A stretch of DNA of 63,848 nucleotides, filler included, from Octopus bimaculoides (lineage: Eukaryota): the NCBI RefSeq assembly GCF_001194135.2. It is 5 parts of 4 records of this genome, joined end to end, with 100 filler letters (N's around TTAATTAATTAA, not from the genome) between each part and the next. Parts side by side here need not be neighbours in the genome. Positions count along the whole stretch, not along the records: positions 9,483 to 37,378 come from NC_068995.1; 4 more parts are not named here. The stretch is one strand, 5' to 3'. A program made the translations under genes and the position numbers. Under the pieces are notes generated by a model. The model was not told where the DNA came from, ran no database searches, and worked only from the letters and a program-made list of their open reading frames with translations. Positions 23,801 through 35,956 of this stretch are shown piece by piece (position 1 is the stretch's first letter; every line of letters begins with the position of its first letter).

Positions 23801-23953
23801 ACATCTCAGCTCGTAAGTTACTCAATTATTTCGTTTTTGTCTTGCTATTACATGTTTTATTATGATCTCCCTGAAGAGAAATAAGTGAGGACTCCAACAG
23901 CTCTTTCTTCTTTGTGAAAGAACTATCATTTATTTCGAAACATATATGTAGGA
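20843..23953 (+). mobile_element. Penelope-like retroelement copy B (Naiad-like; 5'-truncated RT plus GIY-YIG, long 3' region ending in an HHR)
   Basis: One reading frame runs 20843-22450 with a single stop (TAA 21098-21100). It reads ARKSIIKFNNKLWICKDTPDAFDVPMGSSDSAQIAD...GLYRDD (YRDD at 21029-21040), NFLDVTL, then the endonuclease NVVYQCKV..YYVGSSS..SKRISNH..TGLSKFIWELK...CPLCNFELFYIL..CQH. The link of the HHR at 23868 to this copy is inferred from position and orientation. Confidence 0.9.
23868..23953 (+). ncRNA. Type I hammerhead ribozyme with intact core, 11-bp stem II and palindromic stem III
   Basis: tcc-CTGAAGA-GAAATAAGTGA...TCATTTATTTC-GAAA-c atatat GTA-gga. CATATATG is palindromic. 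Confidence 0.85.
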
Positions 23954-24259
23954 ATTAAAGGAACTTTCATCGACATGCTTTTTGCTCCATTTATTATTAT
24001 CCATATCTTCTCAAACTGTATCACTTTAACTCGGTATATCAACCTGTAAAGCGGCTGGGATATCTTGTTTTTTAGTGTAATTTTGCTACCCCTGGTAACT
24101 ATTAACATATTCAAATTATCGAAAGTTTTAATAACTGAGATAATATTAATATATACATAAACTAATATATATATATATATCATATTATATCACTATATTA
24201 TTTATGTAAATTCTTATTTGTGCTAGATCTGAAGTTGGAAAAGACCTAAATGAAACTAG

Positions 24260-25815
24260 TCCAAAATACTAGTGCATGCTACTTCTGCGAAAACAGATAC
24301 CATTAACAAACACTTTGTTCTGCTTGTGAAATAGAATGGGATTTCTGCCACTAAGTCAGTCATTTTGAGGTTTGTTTCTCTTAAAAAGAAAAAGAAAAAA
24401 GAAACTAGGGTTACATTCCCAGTAACAAGGTAGCCATTGTAAAAACAAAGGAATGTTATTAAGTTCATTATGTAATCTATGGTTGACTACTAAATCAAGA
24501 TTATTGCTGGTGCTGTACAAAGGAAATCTCAGCAGTAGAAATTATTAACATCGAGTTATTTGATTATGAGCTACATTTGAGTCTGGAGCAACTTTGTCTT
24601 TCACAAGAGAGAATCATTTATGGCAATATCCAAGTCCCTTTGCTATTAGAGAATACATAGTGCAGGTTGTAACTGTATATGGTAAGGCTGTTGGGAAAAA
24701 TGCATGCTGATGTCAAATTACAAATCTTACCTGAATACATGGAACCTGTTAGTCTTGACACTGGGTTTTAATAGCTTGAATTCTGGAGATGTGCAAATAA
24801 GTATTTAATACAATTCTTTAAGTTTGACCTTGATGCAACCTGTTTCTTGTTTTGAATTCATTCACCCGGATGCCAACCCAACCATTTGTTACATGAAACT
24901 GAATGTTCTCTAAATATGGGTGGGAATTATTCATTGGGATGGGACAATTCCCAAAATTATTCAACAAAGTTGTTCCTAGTGGTATTTACATGTGCACATG
25001 GCCAAGTAATGGATTACATCTGAACTGAATTTTATATTTCACTTGTGTACCCTAAACCAAGGATTGCTGAAATTGCCAAAAGCCATCTATACTAGACTTA
25101 AACAGAAAATCATTTTTGAGAAAATCATTGTAGGACTCTCCTTATTTTCAATCTTCATATATATGCCATTCATAATGTTGAAAGCTTTAATTTAATTGTA
25201 GAATAAATTGAGAAGTTTAACAGACATTTAGAACTTGACAGTTTCAAACCAACCCAAAATTGTAAGCAAAGTAGATTGGCTACCTCAGCTTCTTTCAACA
25301 AATAATCTCACATGGTCAAACTCTTTTTCTCTAAACAGAGAAGAAATGGATGCTTGTGAATCACCCAGTATTATCCTGTATTAGTAAAAGTAAAATGTTT
25401 CTACTGATAAATTTATTTCATGGCTGTTATTTTATTAATATTTCTTCAATTTTGAGAGTCCAGCTTGTTTGCTTACAATTTTGGGTTGGTTTGAAACTGT
25501 CAAGTTCTAAATGTCTGTTAAACTTCTCAATTTATTCTACAATTAAATTAAAGCTTTCAACATTATGAATGGCATATATATGAAGATTGAAAACACCCTA
25601 AGAAAATATTTTGCCTGATTTTAAACCTTTTGTTGATTGTACTCTTGTTCCTGAATTGTCTCATATTTGTATTCCTTTTCTTGAAATATTTTTCTCTGTG
25701 TCATTGCAGATATCAGTCAGTAAGTTCCATGTAAAATCTGCATTTGAAACAGTGCTAAAAAGAACATCATTGTTGATGTTCACCATTTCATTTAAAACAT
25801 TTTCTGGCCTGTAAT
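24260..25815 (+). pseudogene. Decayed KDZ/HMGXB3-like transposase remnant (tentative)
   Basis: Fragments appear in the expected order: CYFC..CSAC, VVFTCAHGQV, HPVL...NLFHG, CTLVPELSH...EIFFS. They resemble the CPHG, HP..DRFH and LVPEL..EQLFS motifs of HMGXB3-type KDZ transposases as I recall them. There are many stops and frameshifts. Confidence 0.4.
25145..25593. repeat. Apparently perfect 126-bp inverted duplication with a spacer of about 200 bp
   Basis: 25145-25270 is the reverse complement of 25468-25593. Confidence 0.9.
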
Positions 25816-26284
25816 GAAATGCATTTGGAGAGTTTCATAATAATAAAATGTGATCTTTCCCAGTAACTCTGATAATTTCAGTTATTATATTCAGTGAACC
25901 AGCAGCTTAAACATCATTTATGTAATTGAGCTTTGGAAACTTTGTGATCAGTTATGAATGCAGAGAAAAAACTTAGCATTGTAATTTAGCAGACAGCTTT
26001 GGTTTCAGTTAAATATCCTATTTTGACATTTCTGTCACTCTTTTTAAGATTTTATACTTTTCCATATTTTGTCACTTATATTGCAACTTTTCTTCTTGTG
26101 ATTATCTGGTTTTGACTTATAATTTCCCCACTATCCTCTTTTTAGTTTTATTAGCTGGTTCCTTATCGTGCTTTATTTCTATGCTATTCAATCACTATAT
26201 TGCATGTTGCCTACTTTTTATGCTGTATGATTTTCAAGACTTGTCATGCTGGCTTCACAATAAATTATATTTTATATTTCAAAG

Positions 26285-26456
26285 GAAAAGAACAGTGTAC
26301 AGAGAGAGCTGGTGAAGAAAGCCACAAAAGAGGGTTTGCCTGTCTATTCAGAGCAAAGAACTCAAATTCTTTCTCAAGATGTCATTGATGAATCATTACT
26401 TTTAAGCGATCTCCATAACATCAATGAATTTGCTGCAGTTGAGTTCATACTCTCAG
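26285..26456 (+). CDS. NUP205: Nucleoporin Nup205, internal coding exon (N-terminal region, 172 nt, phase 0 to phase 1)
   Basis: Acceptor ...atatttcaaAG| and donor |GTaatg. Translates EKNSVQRELVKKATKEGLPVYSEQRTQILSQDVIDESLLLSDLHNINEFAAVEFILS(G). This aligns without gaps to the human Nup205 segment PKNVQQHEKVQKASTEG...EAFILSDLFDIGELAAVELLLAG as I recall it. Confidence 0.92.
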
Positions 26457-26984
26457 GTAATGGGCATTTTACATTAATATAACATATATATTTTTTAGAT
26501 GTCTCTGATTAATAAACCAACACTTGGAATATATGTGTGTGTGAGTATGCACAAGTGCATTCATTGATCTTTACACATTTTTTTTTCTTAAAATTTCTGT
26601 TAGAAAGAATCACCTTCCAATGAAGAAATAAGTTCATTGTTTTTTAATGTTTGATTGATTTTCCATGTTAACATAGGCTGAACTTGTATCCAAATATGGC
26701 ATACCACCAAGTTACTTGATCTTGTTGTTTTTGTATGTGAGAAACTAATCCCCAGGCAGAAGAATATCTTTTGCTATTAGCAAGTATTTATCTTTTATCT
26801 TTTACTTGTTACAGTCATAGGACTGCTGCTTTGCTGAAACATCCTTCAAGGGTTTCGTTGAACAAGCTGAACCTGAATATTGTTTCTCTAAGTCAGGTAC
26901 TTATTCTCTTGGTCCATAACTGCTAAGTTATGGGGGCTTAAACAGACCAACACGGGTTGTCTAGGTGGGCACAAACAAACAAAC

Positions 26985-27021
<37 letters not shown>

Positions 27022-27991
27022 GGTTTTTACAGTTTCCACCTACAAAATTCACTCACAGGGCATGGGTCAGCCTAGGGCTATAATTGAAGATGGTTACCTA
27101 GGTTGCCATGCAGTGGCACTGAGCCTGAGACCATGCAAAGCAAGCTTCTTAACGCTGTAACCATGCCTGCATCTCTATGAATACTTGTGCTTGTGTTTAT
27201 GTGAGATTATTGTAAATATTTTTGTAATTTACTCTATGCTGTAATAATTTATAATCTGCATTGATCTGACATATGTAGAGTTGTGATTAAATTTCATCCC
27301 AGTTTTTTTTTTTTTTTGGAAGGTTAAAAGCTTCATCATCTTCTGTTATTCTTAATCCTTTTGTTACTCTATTTCTAAATAAAATGCACCCCTCATGAGT
27401 TTCAATTATATTCTAAAATAATCATGAATTTAAACTGGTTTCATTAAACAACTGTGACTATTTTATTTATAGACATATTGTATATATATATGTATGTGTG
27501 TGTATATGTTGTGTATCTGTGTTTGTCCCCCCAACATCGCTTGACAACCGATGCTGGTGTGTTTAGGTCCCCTGTTCGGCAAAAGAAACCGATAGAATAA
27601 GTACTAGGCTAACAAAGAATGAGTCCTGGGGTTGATTTGATTCGATTAAAGGTGATGCTCCAGCATGGCCACAGTCAAATGACTGAAACAAGTAAAAGAA
27701 TAAAAGAATATTAATGCAATTTTTGGAACATAATTGAAGAAATGCTTCTTAATCGATTCTGTTGCATAATTACAGGTAAATTCAACAAAATATAAACATA
27801 TTTAAATTTTGTTTAAACATCACCATAGAAAATGAGTCATCAGCTAATATTCAGTTGGGTATGCTACAAAATTTTAATATAGAAGAATTGTGCACATCAC
27901 AGTTGAATTTAATGCACATAACGTGTACCATAAAGGTAAAATAAAATGAAATACTGGAATTTGTTTTTGAAGAAAACTAGAAAATGAAATA

Positions 27992-29216
27992 CTGTAAAAA
28001 CCCATGTAATTTACACACTTTTTTTTCACAAAAATAAAAATAAACTTTAGTGGGTGTGTAAATTACATGAGTAGATTGTTTAAAGAATTTTTTTTGAAAT
28101 TTTTTTTGTTGCAAAAAGATGTACATCATGTAAATATTTGTACCAGAAGTTGACTCATTAAATGTCAGAAAAGGTTTTTACAGAAAAAGTAATAGCTTAA
28201 ATATGAAGTTGACTTTTATGCTGGGCGGTATAATGCTTACTTTTTCTGTATAAATTTACCAGAACCATTAAATGGTTAACTACTTTTTGAAGTCTGATGT
28301 TCATGCTGATAAACATTGCTTGGGGTTTCTACATATCACAATGGAGCACCATTGACATACATAATGATATGGATATTCCTGACTGAAAAAATGTAATGAT
28401 ATGGATAATCTTGATTGTATGTTTTTGTCTTTGCCTGTTTATTACTAGGCACAGTTTTAACTTTGTTGTACTGTTTATGTCAATTTTGAACGTTGGCTCT
28501 ATTGCCACGTTCAAATGCATATTCAATGTATTTAATTTCTCCTTCGCATTAAATGATTCTTAAGTTCTGCCCATACTGACAATAATGCTAATGACAGATT
28601 TTTAAGTTTGCTTGACATTTTACAGGTGTGAAAGGGATTAAAATTTCGATATTCGGTATTAAAGGTTCTGACAAGAATAGGTGGAAAAGAATTCTGTTTA
28701 TATAATCAGTTTGATCAGTCACCTTCTTTGTCGGTTGAGTAAAGCATCATCCAAACTGATGTTTATTGGTAATTAAACTTAATTTGCAACACCTGTGCGT
28801 ATTTATCAGCTTTGTTTTTGTTGGTAATTCTTATCAGTAACTTTTCTTGTGATCATGATTTGAGAAGACATACAGATGTATGCTAAAGATCGGACATAAT
28901 CTCGTGTGGGCAAGAAATGTAAAATAAAGTTTATTATAAACAACATAAACACTTTGTAATTTAGTAGCTTTCATTGTGATATTGTTAAACAGAAATTATT
29001 TTTATTTAATGAAAATTTAATAAAATCTAATCATCAGTAAGTGAAATTATGCTAAATAAAACTAAATTGGAAACCTTTTTCCCCTGGCTATATCGCCAAT
29101 TCTGAAAACTTATCAGTGCAAATTTTATATGAGTAGAAGCTTTTTTTTAACAAATTGTATCCTGAAAATCACTTGCATAAATTACACAGGTGCGCAATAT
29201 ACATGGGTTTTTACAG
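27992..29216 (-). mobile_element. pogo/Tigger-type Tc1-mariner element, internally deleted, with intact TIRs
   Basis: Perfect 17-bp TIRs CTGTAAAAACCCATGTA / TACATGGGTTTTTACAG are each flanked by TA (27990-91, 29217-18). Weak transposase-like remnants lie on the minus strand. Confidence 0.75.
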
Positions 29217-29539
29217 TACATCAACTAAGTGAAATAAATTCACACACATACTTGAATATACATATAAAGATTTACAATAGAAATTAAATCAAAACTTGCC
29301 ACTCACCTTACAGACAAATTAAAATTACAGGTAAATTTAAAGTAAAAACAAAGTAAATTAAAAAAATATTTATAAAATCAAATCATACATATATACACTA
29401 TTTACACAATATTTCTGTTATGGAAACTTTTAATACATCCCACTCTACATAATGCAACCTTACAAAATTCACAATGGAAAGAAGTTTCAACTGGCCCTCC
29501 ACTGGGAGCTTACCTTTGTTGATATAGACATTTATGGCA

Positions 29540-30400
29540 CTGCCTTTTGCGACCCTCAATTGTTTCTAATATATGGAGAATGGGCTGAATTCAGAAGGAT
29601 ATCTCTCTGGTAGGTCTTGGTTTTTCTTCCCACAATTATTTTTTTGGAGGATTAATCTGCCCTCAAGTGCGTTGCTACATCTGCTTGGAACTACAGTTGG
29701 CTGCACCGCTTTTGAGCCCCTCTTGAGTTGGTATATAATATACCATATTTGCTGGCAGATTGAACATGTTTTTCTTATTTTCAAATGTATCAAAAAATTG
29801 CCGTGTCTAACAAGGCTGTACTATAGATGGGAGACCGAGAGCCATAGGCTAGGGAGTCAGATGAAAAGACTGGGTAAGTTTCGTAGGCACAATAATTGTT
29901 GCTAATAATAGAATAAGGAAAACAAACTAAATTATTACAGTAAATTGTGTTAGTAATGATAAAATATTGAAAACAAGCTGAATTGCTTACGATATGTTGG
30001 CTGTTATGAGGGAAGCTCACATCATCTAACATACCTCCTTCTCCAGCATACATAACCCACACCTGAAGACCCAGTTAGCTGTAATTCCAGGACAACTAAC
30101 CAGCCAGTTTCAGCCTTTAAATATTTCAATCAATAAACCATTTAAAAGATTTTGAAGTGACACCAACAGGAATAAGGAAAACGCTTACTATTACACAGAC
30201 GTGTGAGTGAGTAAAAAGTTCATGGAATGCTGTAAAAGAGGTGGTTCTGAAATCATTTAAAAGTGTGTCATTAGTAATGCTCTTGATGGTACTGAGGACA
30301 TGTGAAGAATATATTGATAACCTAGATGCTATCACAAAGAATTCCAGTGATGAAGAGAGTACTGGTAATATGGTTGGTAACAGTGAGAATGAGTAGCTGT
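29540..30400 (+). mobile_element. pogo-like (POGK/Tigger) transposase remnant
   Basis: TQLAVIPGQLTSQFQPLNISINKPFK and TPTGIRK..CE*VKSSW...KSF..ISNALDGTED, matching the pogo DDE C-terminus. Confidence 0.8.
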
Positions 30401-31099
30401 AACTATCTATAGGAATTCATCACATTTATTGTACTTTGCTGATTGGTTTGTACCAGTTTTTATGAGTATATTTGCTTTTTGTTTGCATGTACCAGGATTC
30501 ATTGATACTAATGTATATTTCTTTTTTTGCTATGGCAAATTTAATTTTTTCTTTTTTCCTGTACATATTTGCCTTGTTTGTTAGTTCTTCACGTAGATGC
30601 AATTACCGTTTTCTCCCCAAATTGTTAACATTTGTAAGATAGTGTTTGATTTGTTAATGTAAGAAATTTTACATCACAATTAAATATATAAGCCAATAAT
30701 ATAAGTGACATCTTAATTTTCATGAAATAATTTGTGTCTTCTCGAGTTGAACTCCTTGAATATTTTGCATATTTTAACAATTTCATTATAAAAATTGAAG
30801 TTATAGTTTACAAATTTAAATTTGTTGCCTCCATTTTTAGAAGGTTAGATCTCTGCAGTAATCATGTGTAGAAATGTGAATCTATTGCCCAGTTGTAGAA
30901 TTTTAAAATTAAACATTAGTTTTCCTCTGGGCAATCTGTCCACAAAACTACATTTTATATTCTCAGTCACAGTCTCTGCAATTATATATACAATCACTCT
31001 AAATACTGAGACACATCCCATAACTCTATTACAAAAATGATATCTTTCCCACTCAGCCTTCATAAACAACACAAAAAAACCCATAATACTAATAGTTTC

Positions 31100-31665
31100 T
31101 CATCATCATCATCATATGTCCGTTTTCCATGCTGGCATGTATTGGATGGTTTGACTGAAAACTGGTAAGCTGGGGAACAACACTAGGTTTCACTCTGGTT
31201 TGGCATGGTTTATACAGCTGGATGCCCTTTCTAATGCAAACCACTCCAAGAGTATAGTGGTTGCTTTTTACTTGCCTCTGACATGACACTGGCATTGGCC
31301 ATGCCACAAGCATGGGTGCCAACTAACTGGCACTGAAATTGGCTACGGCTATGATTTCACCTGGCTTGACAGGTCCTCTTAAGCACAGCATATTGCCCAA
31401 TGTTTGAGGGGTGATTTTTCATGCCAGTTACATGACACTGGCATTGGCCATGACTACAATCTCACTTTGGTTTGCCACGTCTTCTCAAGCACAGCATATC
31501 GCCAAAGGTCTCGGTCACTTGTCATTGCCTCCATGAAGTCCAACATTCGAAGATCATGCTTCACCAACTTGTTCCATGTCTTCCTGGGTCTACCTTTTCC
31601 ACAGGTTTCCTCCACCGTTAGAGTGTGGCACTTCTTCGCACAGCTGTCCTCTCTTGCATCAGTAA
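31100..31665 (-). mobile_element. RTE LINE 3' end with (ATG)n tail
   Basis: Minus strand gives CAKKCHTLTVEETCGKGRPRKTWNKLVKHDLRML...WRYAVLEKT, followed by the RTE-type tail. Confidence 0.8.
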
Positions 31666-32116
31666 CAGTAGTTCTGCTTTGTCTTTGATGGTGTGTACTT
31701 TGGTACAATGTTTACTGTTCATTAGCGTTAAACACTATTTGGTTACACACCACTAACAATGAATACAGAGGAGGAATAATGACTGTGTTCCCATTGAATA
31801 TTATGCATGTTTCCACTGTGGTCATCGTCAGATCCTACTGAAGAATGAGAAAAAAAAAGTTATCTAGAAAGTTGGCTACACTATATCTCATACTGCAGTT
31901 TGCAGTATGGTTCACTAGGTAGATGCCTGTGGATTCCTAAATCACAGTTAGTCATTTATCTGACTCTTTAGCGTTCAGTTGGGGCTATCTTGAAGATAAA
32001 GAGTGACTTGATACTATTGTATATTTCATCAACTTCTGTGCCATATACATAATTACAATTAATTAACTATTAAATTTGAAAGAAATTTATTGGTGTCTCT
32101 GTACATTGTTTTAAAG

Positions 32117-32335
32117 GTCAGAACCAGCAGCCAAATTATCCAGGACTTAGTCGAGGCTTAGTGGCTGTTCTTCTCTATTATGATGGACGTAGAGCCCTGT
32201 GCAGTTCTTTGCGTGTCCTGCTTCAAGCACGTGAAGGACGGATGTGGACCATGGGGAATGATCAAGAAATCACAGACCTTGTTATGAAATATACAGACAA
32301 CCTCATAGAAAATGGACTTGTCAACAAAATATTAG
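32117..32335 (+). CDS. NUP205: Nucleoporin Nup205, next coding exon (219 nt, phase 1 to phase 1)
   Basis: Acceptor ttttaaAG| and donor |GTaggt. The phase matches the previous exon. Translates (G)QNQQPNYPGLSRGLVAVLLYYDGRRALCSSLRVLLQAREGRMWTMGNDQEITDLVMKYTDNLIENGLVNKIL, matching Nup205 GEHQQPHFPGLTRGLVAVLLYWDGKR...LMEQGLTYKVL. Confidence 0.95.
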
Positions 32336-32589
32336 GTAGGTTTAATTTTATCTGTTGAAAATTTCTTTTTCCAAACTGTGGTGATTGTTGATTAGTTTTT
32401 TTACCTTTCTTCAGAGATGTTCAAAGACTTTTGGAATAGACTTTCTGTGAGTATACTTTGGGGAAACAGATTTGTATTCATTGGCAGACACCATTATTTA
32501 TGTGTAAAACTCTGAGAGAGAGGCCTTTTGTTACCAACATAGGTAATAATTCTCTGAATTTTCTTCAACCATTGCTTATTCTAGCAACT

Positions 32590-33720
32590 ATATTTTCAGG
32601 GCATCCCCCTCCACTATAATTAGGTCACCTAGATAACAGAAACTACTACTTCTAGGGAACCTCCAGGGCATTCCAAAACATGTCCCCCATGTACTCTTAC
32701 TATTTATTACTCCTGCTTCTCTGCCATAAAAAATTCTACTTTCTCTGTTAATCTTCCTGTGATTCCACTGTTATGTGTCCATAGTTTGCACTGAGTACAC
32801 TGCATGAAATTTCTACCTATACTGTCTACATATAGTACAGGGCCCTTCACTTGAAGGGATTGCTCTGTCTGTTTGTCTGATAAGTAGAACTTTGGTTTTG
32901 CTAAATTAACTTTGATTCCGGGTTTTGCTTCCACACCTAGAATTTAATTTCTAATTGTACTCTGGTTGCAGCGATAATAACAAGATGATCAGCATAGAGT
33001 TCCCATGGGCAACCAGTCTTAAATTGCTCTGTTATGGCCGGGAAGACTATGATAAATTGGAGGGGACTGATAACCGAACCCTGATGAATTCCTACCTGAG
33101 TTACGACTTTCATAACCTGATCCAGTAATTTGATACCTCTGTAATTCTCTCTAAGGTAACTCCTTTGATGCTACCACAATACTTGTTGGTGTGATACCTT
33201 CTGTACAACCTGATTAACTATATGGGTAACTAGGCTGTATCCTATCCTTCCACATCTATAACACTGCTGTCAACAACAATGGCTGGATCCCCGGTTAGGT
33301 CACATTTAGGAAGACACTCTTTTTATCATTCATTCTACACATTTAGTAGCTTTCATAAATGCATCTTGTCTGATACACTGCCTTGCAATCCAGAACACTG
33401 TTTTGGTCCCCACACTGTAGAACATGGGAAAACCTCTTCTTTTCTGCTTACCCTCTTCCTGAATAGCCTCTCTTCTGGGTACCTGGTAAAGTTCTCTGCT
33501 GTCCAAATTCTTTCAAACCCTCTAAGCCTGTGTCTTCACCTTTTTGCACATACATATCTCATTAACATCATCAGTATTTTATTGTCCACTTTTCCATGGC
33601 ATGGGTTAGACAGAATTTCTTGAAATGGCTTTTCCACAGCCAAATGCACTTCTTGTTGCTAACCCTCACCTATTTCCAAGTTAGGTAAATTTTTCCTCAT
33701 GACTAGACATATTGTCACAG
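32590..33720 (-). mobile_element. Cluster of decayed RTE/SINE fragments
   Basis: The ORF 32707-32934 (KVNLAKPK...GRNFMQCTQCKLWTH..ITGRLTEK) matches the RTE at 14070-14300. An RTE tail lies near 33570-33720. Confidence 0.6.
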
Positions 33721-34399
33721 AATATTGGAATTGAAGGACATTGCATGTGTTATGGTGACATCTGTTTATAATCCAAGAAGACAGTAAAACACACAGCTAC
33801 TAAATCTATTCACAAGGCTTTAGTTGTCCTGGAATTATAGTAGAAGATACTTGCCAAAGGTGCCATGCAGTAGGATTGAACCCAGAACCATATATTGTTG
33901 CAAGCAAACTTCTTGCTACACAGCCCCACCTGTGTGTGTGTGTGTGTGTGTGTGTATTATGTAGGTTGGTAGGGTAAAATTCCAGTTGTTTCTTCTTGAA
34001 ACATCTGCTTATTTCATTATTACAACCTAGTGTGTAGTTGTTGTTGTATAGATGCAAAGTACATATTTTTTTATATCTTGGTGTTGGATAAATAATTTAA
34101 CAAAGCAGAAGGAAAGAAAGTATTCACATGTTGCACCATGATTACTGTTACACAAGGTTAAACACTCTCAGTCACGGCTCACTGTGAACTGCTCACCCAG
34201 AACTGCTGACAGTTTTTTTATTTTACAGCAATGTGTTATTCCACTTTTAGTCACTTGGTAGGTGGTTGGAATCCTTCCACAGCATCTCGCCTTTTGAGAG
34301 TTAACCTCCCCTAACTTCTCCCTTTTTTGAGAATTAAACTCACTCCAGAGTTTTATATCTCTTACACTTAGTGTTTAATTCCAGTGTTTCTGTTCTTTT

Positions 34400-35945
34400 C
34401 CGTTTTCTGGTGCCAGAACGTGTAGTTTCAAATTGTTTGGGTGTTGGTACCTCAAATGTGTCATGCAATACTTCTATGGGGATTTCATTTCTTGTGACAC
34501 TTTTTACTGTGAATCTTTTTTAAAGTTGGTTAATATGTCTTTTATATTTGACATTTTTTCCTTTTATCAGGAATAACATTCTTCCAATTTGTTTAACAGT
34601 TACACCGTCATCCCAGCTTTCTTTATCATATCTACAGGTTTAAAAAAAAACTTTATCATAGTATATTTGTTGTTTGCTTTTTTTCTATTTTCACTTGAAG
34701 TTTGCTACAAAGATCTTTCTAGCAAACATCAATTCCTCTGGTGACATTCCAGACAGGGTATTCAGATAAGATGTTACTCAGTACACACTTAGAAATTATT
34801 GAAGTGCAAGGTCGTCTATTACTTCATTGTTTACCTTTTTGAAGGCCCTCTTGAAAGTGTCAACAAAATGCTTCACTTGTCCATTTGACCTTGGATGATA
34901 CAGCAGAGTGGTCACATGTTCAGCCATGAACATTTTACAAAATTTTCTGAACTCCTCTGAAGTAAATTGTGTTCCATTATCAAACAATGGGTATCAGGAA
35001 TACCATATCTGGCGAACAATTCATGTAAGAAAACTTACTGTAACTGCCCATGTCAGCTTTTTACACTTATGCACATCAAGCCACTTTGAAAAACTGTCCA
35101 CCACAACAAGGTAATATGAACTCGTAAGTGGACCTGTGTAATGAACATGCAGTCTGGACCATACAATATCTAGTTTTGGCCACCATTGCCATTTAGTGAT
35201 AGTTGCTTTTCCAGCTAGGTCACAACCTCTGCATGCTTTCACTAGTTCTTCAATGTCACGGTCCATTGTTGGCCAATATACATAACTTCTTAATGATTTC
35301 ATTCTCAAAATCACTGAGTGATCAATGTGAAATACCTTTAGTAATTGCTTATGTAGTGTGGCTGGCACTAAGACTCTGTGTGCATACATCAACACATTGT
35401 CATACATTGAGAATGGGTTCGAATTTGTGTTGCATTCAGAAAAGAGCATATTTTTATCTCTTTTAGCTCTCAGCTTTTCTTTAATTTTTTTTAATGAATT
35501 GATCGTTTTCTGCTTTTAATTTTTATGTATTGTAATGTAACTGGCAGTTCATATATGATGTAACACAAAACATTTTCAATTTCATTTTCTGCTTGCAATG
35601 CACCAATCACGGTATCTTCAAATGGGTCAGCATTTTTTGAAATCAAGCCTTGATAAACAATCAGCCTGTCCTAATTTCTTAGATGGTATATACTCCATCT
35701 TAAAATCATAGTTTAGTAACATAGTACCCCAGCGTTGTAACCTATTAGCAGTATGGGTAGGTATTCCTTTCTGCAACCCATATGTAGAGAATAGCAGATG
35801 ATGATCAGTCTGTAGTGGAAATTTTCTACCCTGTAAAAATCTTTGGAATTTTTTTATTGCAAAAATAAAGGCAAGAGCCTCTTTTTCGATTTGGCAGTAA
35901 TTTTTCTTCCGCTGGTAGCAGAGAACGTGATTTTACCATCTTTAT
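34400..35945 (-). mobile_element. Ty3/Gypsy pol fragment (RNase H plus integrase), decayed
   Basis: Minus strand gives YCQIEKEALAFIFA (RNase H), RSYVYWPTMDRDIEELVKACRGC (zinc finger), DNGTQFTSEEFRKFC and YHPRSNGQV..FVDTFKRA (integrase core), and RHINQL. Confidence 0.9.
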
Positions 35946-35956
35946 ATTTATGTAGT

